Assembly (NCBI GenBank): GCA_051294375.1
Contig: CM119269.1
Coordinates: 22,927,808 to 22,991,807 of the forward strand
From: Paraspadella gotoi
Lineage: Eukaryota > Animalia > Chaetognatha
Reading direction: 5' to 3'
Length of the DNA: 64,000 nucleotides
A program made the translations under genes and the position numbers. The notes under the pieces were generated by a model. It saw only the letters and a program-made list of their open reading frames with translations. It searched no databases and was not told the DNA's origin. This document shows positions 42,671 to 54,427 of this stretch, piece by piece. Position 1 is the first letter of the stretch, and each line of letters opens with the position of its first letter.

Positions 42671-43739
42671 CCCTCCCTCACTTTCCTCTTCTCATCTTTC
42701 CTCATTTCCTCTCCCTCTTCCTTTCTCTCTCTTTCTCCTTCTCTTCTTACCTCTTTTCCTACCTCACTTCCTCGACTTCCTTTTTCTCTTCCTCCCTCTT
42801 TTCCTCCCTCTATTCCTACTCCTCTTCTTCCTCTCTTTCTTCCTCTCCGTCTCCCTCTTTTCCTTCCTGTCTTCCTCCCTCTTTTCTTCTCTCTTCCTCC
42901 TTCTCTTCATCTCTCTTTCTCCCTCTCTTCCTCCTTCTCTTCCTCTCTCTTTCTCCCTCTCTTCCTCCATCTCTTCCTCTCTCTTTCTCCCTCTCTTCTT
43001 CCCTTTCTTCCTCCCTCTCTTCCTCTCTTTTCCTCCCTCTCTTCTTACCTCTCTTTCTCCCTCTTTTCCTCTGCGCAGTTGAATGAAGATAAACGAAGGA
43101 AAAACCAAAATAAAAAGGAAATTCGTGATCGAAGGGAGGAGGAGGAAGAGGAAGGGCAGAAGGAGAAGACGAGGAAGAAGAGAAGATGACGGAGGCAGAG
43201 AAGAGGAAAAGAAGGAGGAAGAGAGGGAGGAAGGGAGGGGGAGAGAATGAGGAAGAGAGGGAGGAATAGAGTGAGAAAGAGAGAAGAAAAGAGGCAGGAA
43301 GGGATGGAGGAATAGAAGAGAAAGAGAGGGAGGAAGAGAGGAGGAGAGAATGAGGTAAAGAGGGAGAAAGAGAGGGAGGAAGAGAGAAGAAAAGAGGGAG
43401 GAAGAGAGGGAGGAAGAAGGAGATGAAAAGATGGAAGTAAAGGAGGAAAAATGAGTCAAGAATGACAAACTTAAGGAGAAACAAAACAAAGAGAAAATTC
43501 GTGACTTTTCCACCGAATCGTCGTCGTTGTTATCGTCGTCGTCGTCGTTATCGTTATCGTGGTCGTCGTCATCGTCGTCATAAGTTACTTCGAAATTCGT
43601 GGATTTTAACATCCATTTTAGATTGATTTACTTTGCTTGATTAATTAATTTACTCTTCCTCCTCCTCGTCCTCTTCTTCCTCCTCCTCTTCTCTTTCTTT
43701 CTCCTCGTCCATTGACCTCACCTCAGCTGGAATTTTATT

Positions 43740-43798
<59 letters not shown>

Positions 43799-44419
43799 AC
43801 ATTCTCCGTGTTCCGCAGATAAATTATCAACATGGGAAGGAGAGCGAGAGGCGAAGAGTGAGATAGAGTCAGATTATAAAAAGCATAGGATTAAGATAAT
43901 TAATATATTTATATTTTTAATATTAAGAGAGAGAGAGAGAGAAGAGAGAGAGAGGAGAGAGAGAGAGAGATGACCTCATTGGCGTCCGTTGCAGTTTCAA
44001 TTGATTCCCTCGTTTTGCAAATAAATTATCTACTTAAAGTGAGAGAGACTAAAGAGAGAGAGAGAGAAGAGAAGAGAGAGAGAGAGAGAAGAGAGGAGAG
44101 AGAGAGAAGAGAGAGACTGAGAGAGAGAGACTGAGAGAGAGAGAGCAGCCATGAATCGACGCTCATCAATATTTACGAGAATTAAAAAACCCAGATTGAG
44201 ATTTGTTTCACTCAAACTGAATGACACTGACAGTGTCAGTGACACTGTCAGTGTTGTTTTCCTTTCTCTTATTGATCTTTTTACCTCATAACATTCTTTC
44301 TAAACTAATTATTATTAATCTTACTTAATTCTTTTCTTTTCTTCTTTTTTTTCTTTTCTTTTCTTCCTCGACTTTCGGACAATTCCATTCCAAGATTTAA
44401 ACTGTCTCTCGTTAAATCT

Positions 44420-44453
<34 letters not shown>

Positions 44454-44575
44454 ACTTATCGGATTTTTGTCTTTCTCTCTCTTTTTCCTTTCAAAATGTG
44501 GTGGCGGTTTGAGAAAGAAAGGGGAAGTAGAGAGCGAGAGAGAGCGAGAGAGCGATAGAGAGAGAGAGAGAGAGC

Positions 44576-44631
<56 letters not shown>

Positions 44632-45909
44632 AGTGAGAGAGAGAGAGAGAGAAACTTCTACTGCTACAGAGACAAAAACAAAGTAATTTCGGTTCCACTT
44701 TTTTCATATTCAATTCTGTTCCCTCCTTCACTTCCTCTCTCTCTCTCTCTCTCCCTCTCTCTCTCTCTCCCTCTCTCTCTCCCTCTTTCTCTCACGCTCT
44801 TACTTTAAATCTACCTCTATCCCGTTCTCTCTCTTCCTCCTTCAAACTTCCTCTCTCTCCCTACTTCCCTCTCTATCTCTTCCTCTCTCTCTCTCTCACT
44901 CCCACCCTCTTCCTTTCAATCCATCTCTATCCCCTTTTCTCTCTTCCTCCCTCTCTTCCTCTCCCTCTCTCTCTCTTCCTCTCCCTCTCTCTCTCCCTCT
45001 CTCTCCTAAAATTCTGATTTCTCCCTTCGTCTAAGAAAGAACAGTAATCTTATTAAAAGAGACGAAAGGGAAAAAAATGAGATACAAGGAAATAGAAAAA
45101 AAAAGAAAAAAAAGAAAAAAGATATACGAGGAAAATTACAAAATAAAGAAGACATAAGTACGGACAAAAAGTGAGAGGGAGGATTGCAGAAAATGTTTGA
45201 CTATTTTCTATGCTTCTTGGGTCGCGCGTTCGAGGCGTCGCCCGTCCGAAAGGTACGACGAGAGTTTTGGATAATTATTATTATATTTTCGTTTATCAAA
45301 ACCCGTAGAAACTTTATTTCACACGGGCAGACGCATGATTCGATATTTGGATATTGAATGACACATTTTGGTAAAGGAGACTAAAAATTAACTTGACCTT
45401 AAAAGAGGCGGCTAATATCGAAAATACAAAGTGGTCAAATATGATTGACCTGACAGAGAGAGAGAGGCGAGGCTCAACATTTTCGTCAAGGACAGACGGA
45501 GGGACAAGATACAGAAAGACCAAAAAAAAGGAAAAAAATAACAAAGAAAGATCATTGTTGAAGATCAGATTGACAGACCGACCGACAGACTGACAGACAG
45601 TCAGAATGACCGACAGAGAGACAGTAAGATTCAAAGACCGAAAGAGATACAGACGGAGATACTGATGAAGAGACAGAAAGATCGATAAAGATAGAGACGG
45701 ACAGAAATACCGATAAACCGACAGACAGACCACATGATTGAGTGTCGGACAAACGGATCGGACCGACCGACCAAATGTAAACTATCAAAATCTAAATCCA
45801 CAAATATTTCTAAGAAATAAAAAAAGAAAAAAAAGTTTTTCTTTTTCCAATTTTTTTTCTAATTTCGTTTCAAGGATTTTATGAGCCAAGGAGAAATTTC
45901 TTTTCACTG

Positions 45910-46090
45910 CGCGTTTAGGCTCTTTAAGTTCTGCATTCTGTATCCCTAATGCCGTAATGCCGTAGTTTTTTAGCATCGCTGGCATCATTTTAATCTCATT
46001 GGTTGTACAATGTACATCTGCGCACGATCTTATGCTCCAAAATCCTGTACATATTTTGTAGTTCTTACTATTAAGCCTTATTGATTGCAT
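45910..46090 (-). pseudogene. LINE ORF2 AP-endonuclease N-terminal fragment (RTE/L2-like)
   Basis: KICTGFWSIRS...EIKMMPAMLKNYGITALGIQ resembles APE motif I (GxWNVRS) and motif II (yxIxILGIQE). The catalytic N and E are not retained. Confidence 0.5.
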
Positions 46091-46109
46091 TGACTAAGAC
46101 AGCATGTTC

Positions 46110-46457
46110 TACACCGCCTGCATCTTCGCTGCACTAAATATTCCTGCACCGCCTGCATCTTATTCATCTTCCTGCAGCGCCTGCATCTTCTTCATCTTCC
46201 TGCAGCGCCTGCATCTTATTTATCTTCCTGCAGCGCCTGCATCTTATTCATCTTCCTGCAGCGCCTGCATCTTCTTCATCTTCCTGCAGCGCCTGCATCT
46301 TATTCATCTTCCTGCAGCGCCTGCATCTTACTCATCTTCCTGCACCGCCTGCATCTTATTCATCTTCCTGCAGCGCCTGCATCTTATTCATCTTCCTGCA
46401 GCGCCTGCATCTTCTTCATCTTCCTGCACCGCCTGCATCTTCTTCATCTTCCTGCAT
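46110..46457 (+). repeat. 28-bp minisatellite (CGCCTGCATCTTATTCATCTTCCTGCAG), ~11 copies
   Basis: Near-perfect tandem units. Confidence 0.95.
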
Positions 46458-46750
46458 TTCACCTCCGTAGTCTGTTAGCATTAAAAATCGATTATTTAAA
46501 AAAAAAACCATTAATATCGATAAAATGTTGAATTAAAAGTCATTTACAATTGAATGACTCTGAAGTGGAGCGGATGAGAGGAGCAAACGTATGGCGCATG
46601 AGTTGGAGGAAGAGGAGCCAATGACAGGAGCGGTCGAAGGGGATCAGGGGTCGAGGAATCGGCCTTATTTTCCCAGAGCGCCTTATTTCTGGTTAAATTT
46701 GGAATCGAGGTTTAAAGATTAGGTTAGAGTTTAAGAATAAAGGTTAGGGG

Positions 46751-47358
46751 TAGCCGCACTCAATGGGGTGAGTCAAAAATTTTAAGAGTGAGTACATGCT
46801 CAAACGAATATTTAGACATTTTTAAGAATACTTTCAATGGACAAAAAATTTCTAATATGGCTCTATACCCTAGTAATTAATTTTTTTAATATTTATTTTT
46901 AGATAGGAAAGGCCAAAAATTTTTTTTAGATTTTTAAATTTTAAGACCAGATTCAGATAGCTCATAAAAAGTTGTCTACACAAAGTATGATTCTTTTTTA
47001 AATATTTTTACGAATAAGTGTGTCAAAAATAAGAAAAAACCATAAAAAAAAATCATCATCATCATCATCTTTTGATGATTTTATCAGTATTTTTATATTT
47101 TCACTTAGAAAATGTAAGAATTTTTATAAGCTGTAATTATATTTCTTGTTTAACTTTTTATGCTCTATCAGAATCCATCAAAAAATTTTAAGATTTAAAA
47201 AAAATATTTTTTGCTCTATATAGTAATATAATATTTTTAATTAGGCTAGTACCCTCAGAAGAAAGCATTTTTGACAAAAAATCTTTTAATACCATAATCT
47301 ATGGTCATGATAGATTATTTTAATGCCGTATACATTAGCATTTAAATTTCATCGGCTA
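46751..47358. mobile_element. AT-rich insert with internal inverted repeat (MITE-like)
   Basis: gattcagatagctcataaaaagtt (~46950) is inverted at aactttttatgctctatcagaatc (~47152). The insert interrupts the TTAGGG-like tract. Confidence 0.35.
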
Positions 47359-47589
47359 TGGCTAATTGGGTTAGGGATTGGGTTAGGGATAGGGTTAGAA
47401 ATAAAGGTTAGTGATTGGGTTAGTGATTGGGTTAGGGATTGGGTTACGAAATAAAGGTTATAGTTGGTTGGCGACTTCGCCCATGGCGATATCGCCAGGG
47501 CTTTGCGATGTCGCCAGTCCACGCCACTTGGCGACCTCGCCAGTGATAAAAGTAGGAATATATGAAAGCGCAGCTAACACGGGGATGGA

Positions 47590-49440
47590 ACATCAACCTA
47601 CAGGCTCCTCTCCCCAACCCTAACCCTAAACCCAAGCCTCCCCGTTCAACTTCCTTGCTTCCGCTAACCCTAACCCGGGCCTGGCCTCCCGTACATCTCC
47701 ATGCCCTCCAACCTAACCGCTAACGCCTTCGAATGCATCAACACAGGGCCCCTCCCCCAACCCTAACCCTAAACCAAGCTTCCGTTCAACTCCATGCCCT
47801 CTGCCCCTAACCCAACCGAGCCCGGCCTCCGTACATTCTCCTTGCCTCAACCCTAAACTAACCGCCTTCGATGCATCAACCATGGGGTCCCTCCCCCAAC
47901 CCTAACCCTAAACCAAGCCTCACGTTAAGCTTCCTTGCCTCTTCCCCTAACCCTAACCCATGGCCCGGCCTCCCGTAATTCCTCCGTACCTCAACCCTAA
48001 CCTAACGCGCCTTCGATGCATCAACCATGGGTCCCGCTCCCAACCTAACCTAACCAAAGTCCTCCTGTTCAATCTCAATGCCTCTCCCAACCTAACCCTA
48101 ACCCAGGCCGCGGCTCCGTACATTCTCCGTACCTCAACCTAACCCCTAATCGCCTCGATATACTAACCCACAGGGCCTCTCTCTTCCCAACCCTAAACCC
48201 TAAACCGGCCCCAGGCCTCCCGTACCATCTCCGGCTTCAACCCTAATGTCCCTCGCCGTACCTTCCCTAAGCCTAACCCTAACACGGCCTCTGGTCAACA
48301 CAACACGCCCTCCTACCCCTATCCCTAAAATGACATTAAAATATAAGCTAAAATAACTTAACTTAACTCAACCCTAACCCTAAACTACTCCAAACCCTAA
48401 CCTAAACTTACTCAACCCTAAACCCTAAACTACTACCAACTCAACCTAACCCCTAAACTACTACCCCTAACCTAACTACTACCAACTCACCCCTAACCCC
48501 TAAACCAACTCAACCCTAACCTAACCCTAATCTGAGTTTAGTTTAGCGAAATCGCAATAACTAGAACGCTAGATGTAGTTCAGTGCGAAATCGCCATTTT
48601 GCTTTACCCTACCCTAACCTCACTAATCAACCCTAAACCCTAACCCTAACTCAAAAAATCCAAACATATCTACTAAAACTACTCAACCTAACCGTAAAAA
48701 CACAATTGTAAACTCTCTTACCCTAACCCATGCTTTGAAAGGGGCGATATTCACCCCTCTAACCCCTAACCCTAACTCGAGAATCTCATACGTCAAGCTA
48801 AAATGCATTTGTAAACTCTCAAACCCTAACCCTTAACTCAAAAACTCAAATACGTCCTTATTTTTTATGTTTTGTAAATCCTTCAACCCTAACGCCTAAG
48901 CTAAAAAAGCGCGTTTGTAAACTCCCTAACCCTCAACCCTAACTTCGAAAAACTTAATACGTTCCTTATTTTTATATTTTGTAAACTCTTCAACCCTAAA
49001 CCCTAGCTAAAAAACGCGTTTTAACTCCTAACCCTAACACCCTAACTTTGAAAAACTTAATACGTGCTGTCCTTAGTTTTTTATATTTTGTAAAGCTCTT
49101 CCACCTAAACCCTAGCTAAAAACGCGTTTGTAAACTTCCAAACCTAACCCTACACTAAAATTTCAATTGTCCATATTTTTATATTTTGTAAACTCTTCAA
49201 CCCAACCTAGCTAAAAAACGCGTTGTAAACTCCCTAACCCTACACCCTAACGTCGAAAAACTCAATACGTCTTATTTTTATATTTTGTAAACTCTTCAAC
49301 GCCTAACCCTAAGCGCAGAATCTCATACATTGTATTTTATTTTCATTAAATATCAACGTAAACTGCTTAACCCTAACCCCCCGTAGTTCAATATTAGTAT
49401 TTTTTTACCGTGTTGTAAACTGCTCCAAACCCTAACCCGT
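47590..49440 (+). repeat. Structured (CCCTAA)-containing arrays: ~143-bp units (47590-48300), degenerate CCCTAA (48350-48530), ~105-bp units (48600-49440)
   Basis: catcaac..ccccaaccctaaccctaaacc recurs at ~47591, 47735, 47874 and 48019. gctaaaa..cgcgtttgtaaactccctaacc recurs at ~48900, 49006, 49115 and 49210. Confidence 0.9.
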
Positions 49441-50099
49441 AGTAACAGATATTAATATTTTTGATTTCGTAGTACTTTCTTTGTTGCCCTGCCCGTGTGA
49501 CGCCTAAAAATCGACTGTAACGAGGTTCCAACGCAATAGGATCCCATGTTAAACCGCCTTTCATGTGTTTGGCTCCCGGGACAAAATTTTTTCTCCCTAA
49601 ACAGAGATTCTATATATTTGGGATGGTCTGACTTTTTCTGGAAATTTGAGTGTCTCTCCTACCGCTTATAAGAGAGCCTCTTTAACGTTATTCCTATAGG
49701 TTTTTTGGAACCGTCGTATTGAATCGAATTTCCTAGTGTAGAGGCAGGCACGGGCCATCGGCGCCCGAGCCGTGGCTGGGACTGAGAGCCATCGTTGTCT
49801 GCGTCGACTTTGATCGCCCCGGGAGACGGCATTGGTTCCTTGACCGTCACGGCCTCTCCGCCGGATATCCGGGTGGAGGGGGCAACGAACGGGCACGGTC
49901 TTTCGATAGACACTATGATGGTTCTTTGGCGGTCAGCGGCGTCGTCGACCGGCTGATGGCGAGGCAGCGCTGGCCGGGCACGGTCACGATACGATTAGAC
50001 GGATTTTTCGGCGATCCCCGGCGATCGTCGGACCGCAAGAATTTGAGTTCCCGCGTTGATCGAGGCAAGCGAGAGGAAGACCGGTGGTTAAAAAAATAA

Positions 50100-51170
50100 T
50101 AAAAAATGTGGTGCAATGCGTGGGATTCGATCCGTTGATACGCCGTGACTACCGTCAGGGCGATCGCGGGGGAGATTTTCATGAAACGGTGAAACGCGGA
50201 CCGGGTTCGTTCGCTTTGGAGATTCCCTGCGGTTGATCGACGGCAAGCGAGACGGCGACCGGTGTTTAAAAAATATAAAAAAAGGTGTGTGCAATGCGTG
50301 GATCGATCCCGTGGATTTCCGCCCGTGACTCGTCAGGGGCGATCGCGGGGGGAGAATTTCATGAAACGGTGGGAAACGTCGACCCGGGTTCAATTCGCTT
50401 CGTTCAATTTACGGGTAACGGGGATGTCGTAGGTAGAGAGAAAAGTCTGCGGGCCTCACGCCTTTTCTCTTCCCGCGCCGTCGCCAAATTATTCTATATA
50501 AATAAGCGCAGAATAATGTCCGGAGAATCGCCGTGACTTCCGTCAGGGCGATCCCGGGGGTAAAAAAAAATAATATAATTTTAAAAAAAAAATTGGTGAT
50601 GAGCGGGTATCGAACCCGTGACTCGCCGTGACTCCGCAGGCGGCCGCTTTTCCGAAGGAAAAATCTTGGCGATCGGCGAAACTGGTTCCTTCGCTCCCTC
50701 GCCAAGGCTTTTCTCAATGTCCCGCGCCGTCGCCAATTTTTTGTAAATATAAATAAGCCGCAGATAATGTCCCGGAGAAAATCGCCGTGACTTCCGTCAG
50801 GGCGATCCCGGGGTAAAAAAAAAAATATATAATATTTAAAAAAAAAATTGGTGCATGAGCGGGTATCGAACCCGTGACTGCCGTGACTCTGTCAGGGCGG
50901 CCCGCTTCTCTAAGGGGAAAAATCTAGGCGATCGGCTAGCTGGGTTCCTTCGCTCCTCGCTAAGAAGCTTTTTTTCTCAATGTCCCGCGCCGTCGCCAAT
51001 TTTTCGTAATATAAATAAGTCGCAGATAATGTCAGAATCGCGTGACTCCGTCAGGGTGATCCGGGGGTAAAAAAAAAAATAAATATTAAAAAAAAAGTCA
51101 TGCAATGCACGGGTATCGAAACCCGTGAACTTCCCCGTGACTCCGTCAGGGCGAATCGCGGGGGAAAATC
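50100..51170 (+). repeat. Nested GC-rich repeat array, core CGTGACTCCGTCAGGGCGATC (~8 copies)
   Basis: The core occurs near 50144, 50324, 50532, 50627, 50786, 50882, 51041 and 51136, inside larger ~185- and ~250-bp units. Confidence 0.85.
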
Positions 51171-51534
51171 TCAGGCCCGACGAAATATGACAACAAATAC
51201 CGCGAACGATGAAAAGCCGTAGCGTGAAATAAGAACGAAAGTCAAATGGCCCCCGGTGGTCGGTCTCCGATCGTCGGGGAAGGGAAAAAACGGACGGTAA
51301 AGTCCAGCCTAAGGTTTCACGCGGGTGACCGTTAATAAAAATTTCGTTTCTCTACCGTGACCTGAGAACGAATGAGCCAGGCAAGTAATTGACCATAGTT
51401 CACGTAGGCTATGAGCGATCTCGCAAGCAAGGGGATTCGATCATTTTTGTGTTTTTTGCTAACTCATGATCATTTTACTTGCCTCGAATGTAACAAAAAT
51501 TAACCGACACGAGAAACCCGCGGAGGGGAATAAC

Positions 51535-53233
51535 ATGGCAAAATCTGCGAACGGAAATGGGTAAAAATTCGCTGTGGGAAAGAGACTGCTTACCCGTGTC
51601 CCCGAAATGAAATGCAATGGTTGCAAGTGGGGGGGGGGGGCGCAACCTATGCACGACTTCGTGAACACTTTTGGACACGCACGGGTTCCGAATGAACGAC
51701 GCTTTCCAACTACGGAGGGAGAAGGACCTTTCGCAGGCGCGCAAGACAAAAACTGTGCGCTATTCCCTTGGGATGGAAAAAACTGGCCCGATGCCCCTGC
51801 ATCGCCCGCGATAATGAGATCCACGAGCCCCAGGAAAATAACGACAACGGCCCTTGGAGCAGATGGAGGGTCGGTAAAGAGCGTGAACCGGCTATTGAGA
51901 CTTCTTATGATCTCTCTACCCTCCAACAGCCATCTTCTTCCAACAACTCGTCCCGGTCTCCCTGTGGTTCGTACTTCCTTCTTCCTAAGGTAATTCGTAA
52001 GGGAGGGGAGGGTAACAAGTAGGTACAATGCGCTTGATAAATTTCGGGAAGCGGCCTGTTCAGGGTAATAACCTTTTTCACTGCTTACGAGATTCCCCAA
52101 GCTAAACTCCCGGAATGATCATAACGTAGTTGGATGGACGATCGCTACTCTCGCGCTACGGTGTCTGGCCCGTAATTCTGTTTCACATTGGGCCGGTTCA
52201 TCGGCTTTCTGGCATCCTTTCAGCGCAGAATAACGCCTTTTGAAGCAAAAAAACTGAAAAAAGTTTTTGTCCTATCGAACGGTCCCTACTAACGCGCAGT
52301 GTAGCGGTCTCCAGCCTCGGAAGTCTACGTATGTACCATCGTCGCCCGCCGGGAAATATGAAGCCGTCAGAGATAGATAGGTGATCTGGAATGACAATCC
52401 GGACGCGTGACACAAAGGCAAAAAACGCGTCAGACAGACCAAAGGTTACCCTGACCAAAAACCGGTAGACAAGATTTTAAATGTCAACTACGTCCCCTCT
52501 TCGGAACCCACGAACGAACATCGCTTCTTGAATATCCTCTCGTCCGGCAAAGAAGCGAGCTATAACACGGACTGAATAAACAATTATCGTTTCGGCATAT
52601 GTATCCCGCTTGAAGGTGTTCTCCAAACGAATGCAAAACGGCTGGGAAATCTTGCCCGCCTTACCCTTTCATCAATCTAACAAAGCGCGGGGGGTGAAGC
52701 GGAAATCCGGGCCTTGGGTAGTGCAGGTCCGAATGGCGGACAAAAAATTAAAGCTCCGGATGCCATATGTCGTAAATGATCCCCTGTCAAAAGGGGCTTT
52801 CTGCTACGTTTTATTGCAACATACGTCCTTCTCTTCAAAACAGTCCCGCAGCCGTCACGGTATCTATTTTCCGCAGTATGATGGCCAGGCTCGGGGAACC
52901 TCGGCCTTTGCCGCTATCCTTGACCTTCGCTAGTCCCGGGATTGATGGTTTTAACATAACAACTCTACGGCGTGCTGTGCCCTCGCGGGCGCTGAGGACA
53001 GCCGGAACGGACAAGGGCGCGCTTGCCCAGGCGCTGGGTTCACCGCAGTGATTCACGTCCAGTTTTCTTTCGCGGATCGAATGCACAAAAAGTCCGCGAA
53101 TCATCGGAAAGTTGAACGACTAGTTACCCGCGAATTCGGGTCCGGAAGAAGTCATGGAAAAAACGTTTACGGCCAGCGTAAACTTGACTCACAACTGGGT
53201 CGGGGGGGGTCGGAAGAGGGTACGGGGATGTAG
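51535..53233 (+). CDS. C2H2-finger + tyrosine recombinase (integrase family), frameshifted in this assembly
   Basis: Read across frames: YPCP..KCNGC..TYARLREHF..HG (51591-51685), LQTNAKRLGNLARLTL (R at 52639), NIRPSL..IF (52818), NITTLRRAV (R at 52968), LAQALG+H (CAC at 53041 after one extra T), then HVQF. TAG at 53231 and AATAAA at ~53288. The nucleophile Tyr position reads TCT here. Confidence 0.72.
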
Positions 53234-53399
53234 CTTTGAACTGTCCCTTTTGACTGCCTAAAAGATTCATGCCCAATTAATGTGTAGTAATAAACCATGT
53301 ATTTTAATTTCAATGGTTGAGAACTCCATGGTGAAGAAGTAACAAAAAGTAGGGTGAAGTCCCGTCCCCGTGTAGCCTAGTTTTAACACGCGGGACAAG

Positions 53400-54023
53400 C
53401 ATAAAAAGCAAACCGCCACGGGGTGGTCTCCGAATGAAAGATGGTAATGAAATAGCTGAGTGGTTCCCTGGTGGACTGCGGCTTATCCCTAGGCATAGTT
53501 TATAGCAAAACACAAGTTTCACGCCTAAGCAGGAAAAACAGGCGGAACGGGTATATGGCCAGCCGTGGGGTTGGTCTAAAATGAAAGATGGTATTGAAAA
53601 GACCGAGCGGTGTCCCCACAGTGGACTGCGGCTTCCTAGGCATGGGTATTTGGACCGAAAGCCAAGCGGATGTCCCACCCGGCGGCTTCCCAATCGTCGT
53701 AACACATGCGTCCCGAACCATTGGGTACGTTTGGGTCCCCTGAGTAACTCAACTACCTCTACGGGCAACGTCTGGTAAGGGGAAGTTTCTTTCTCTGAGC
53801 CTAAGTACGCTCTTGGTTTTCCCGCGTGTGAAAAACATTTCTCAATAAGGGTCGCGGACCCTCGTGATCGCCAGGCCATGGTCTGGGTCGATTACACAAG
53901 AAGAGGTCCAAGCGGTGTCCCAACACGCCGGGAACTGCGGCTTCTAATCGTCCCGTAAACACATGCGTCGAACATTGGGTAAGTTCGGGTCCCCTGGAGT
54001 CAACTCTACTCTCTACGTGGCAG
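53400..54023 (+). repeat. Downstream subterminal repeat array
   Basis: aatgaaagatggta..ggactgcggctt..ctaggcat occurs twice, and aacacatgcgtc..cattgggta..gggtcccctg..caact occurs twice. Confidence 0.75.
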
Positions 54024-54427
54024 NNNNNNNNNNNNNNNNNNNNNNNNNTTAGAAATAAAGGTTAGTGATTGGGTTAGGGATTGGGTTAAGGATTGGTTTA
54101 GGGATTGGGTTAGGGATTGGGTTAGGGGTTTGGGTTAGGGATTTGGTAAGGGATTAACGTTCGGGTTTAGAGTTAGGGGATAAATATATTAAAAGATTAT
54201 GGTGAAGGATTATGGATTTTGGATTAAGTTATTCATTTAGTAATAAATTTAAATTGAATATTATGATTAAAATTAAGTTTCGGGATTAAAGAACTAAAAA
54301 GGGACGTTTTTGGAAAATATAGCCGTGAAATCTATAAGGGTGAGAGCAAAATTTGAAGAAGGGCTAAAATGGCTAAGATAAGTAAAAGTCACTGGTTGTA
54401 ATTAAACCCCCGAGGTCTTTTGCCGTT

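Larger units (their letters stand above)
47470..54023 (+). mobile_element. Tyrosine-recombinase DNA element (Crypton-like) with telomere-motif and subterminal repeat arrays; right end lost in gap
   Basis: Compositionally distinct island laid out as palindromic 12-mers, CCCTAA arrays, a nested repeat array, a YR gene and a second repeat array. Confidence 0.7.
46661..54324. mobile_element. MITE family 1 copy split by nested insertions
   Basis: Left TIR GGCCTTATTTTCCCAGAGCGCCTTATTT, right TIR AAAAAGGGACGTTTTTGGAAAATATAGCC. Flanks gaggaatc/gtgaaatc match 6/8. GGGTTAGGGATT tract at 47365-47460 and 54049-54180. Confidence 0.6.

Noticed and set aside
47590-49440. True chromosome end
   Set aside because: The repeats are degenerate, organised in 105-143-bp higher-order units and internal to the window.
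51660-51700. DIRS reverse-transcriptase-like SFGTRACPKVFTK on the minus strand
   Set aside because: No YxDD downstream in any frame. The plus strand here encodes the C2H2 finger of the YR gene.
52040-52830. Helitron Rep-like fragments (NNLF; AFCYVLLQH)
   Set aside because: Spacing is incompatible with Rep and there are no HUH or helicase motifs. The YR reading explains the region better.
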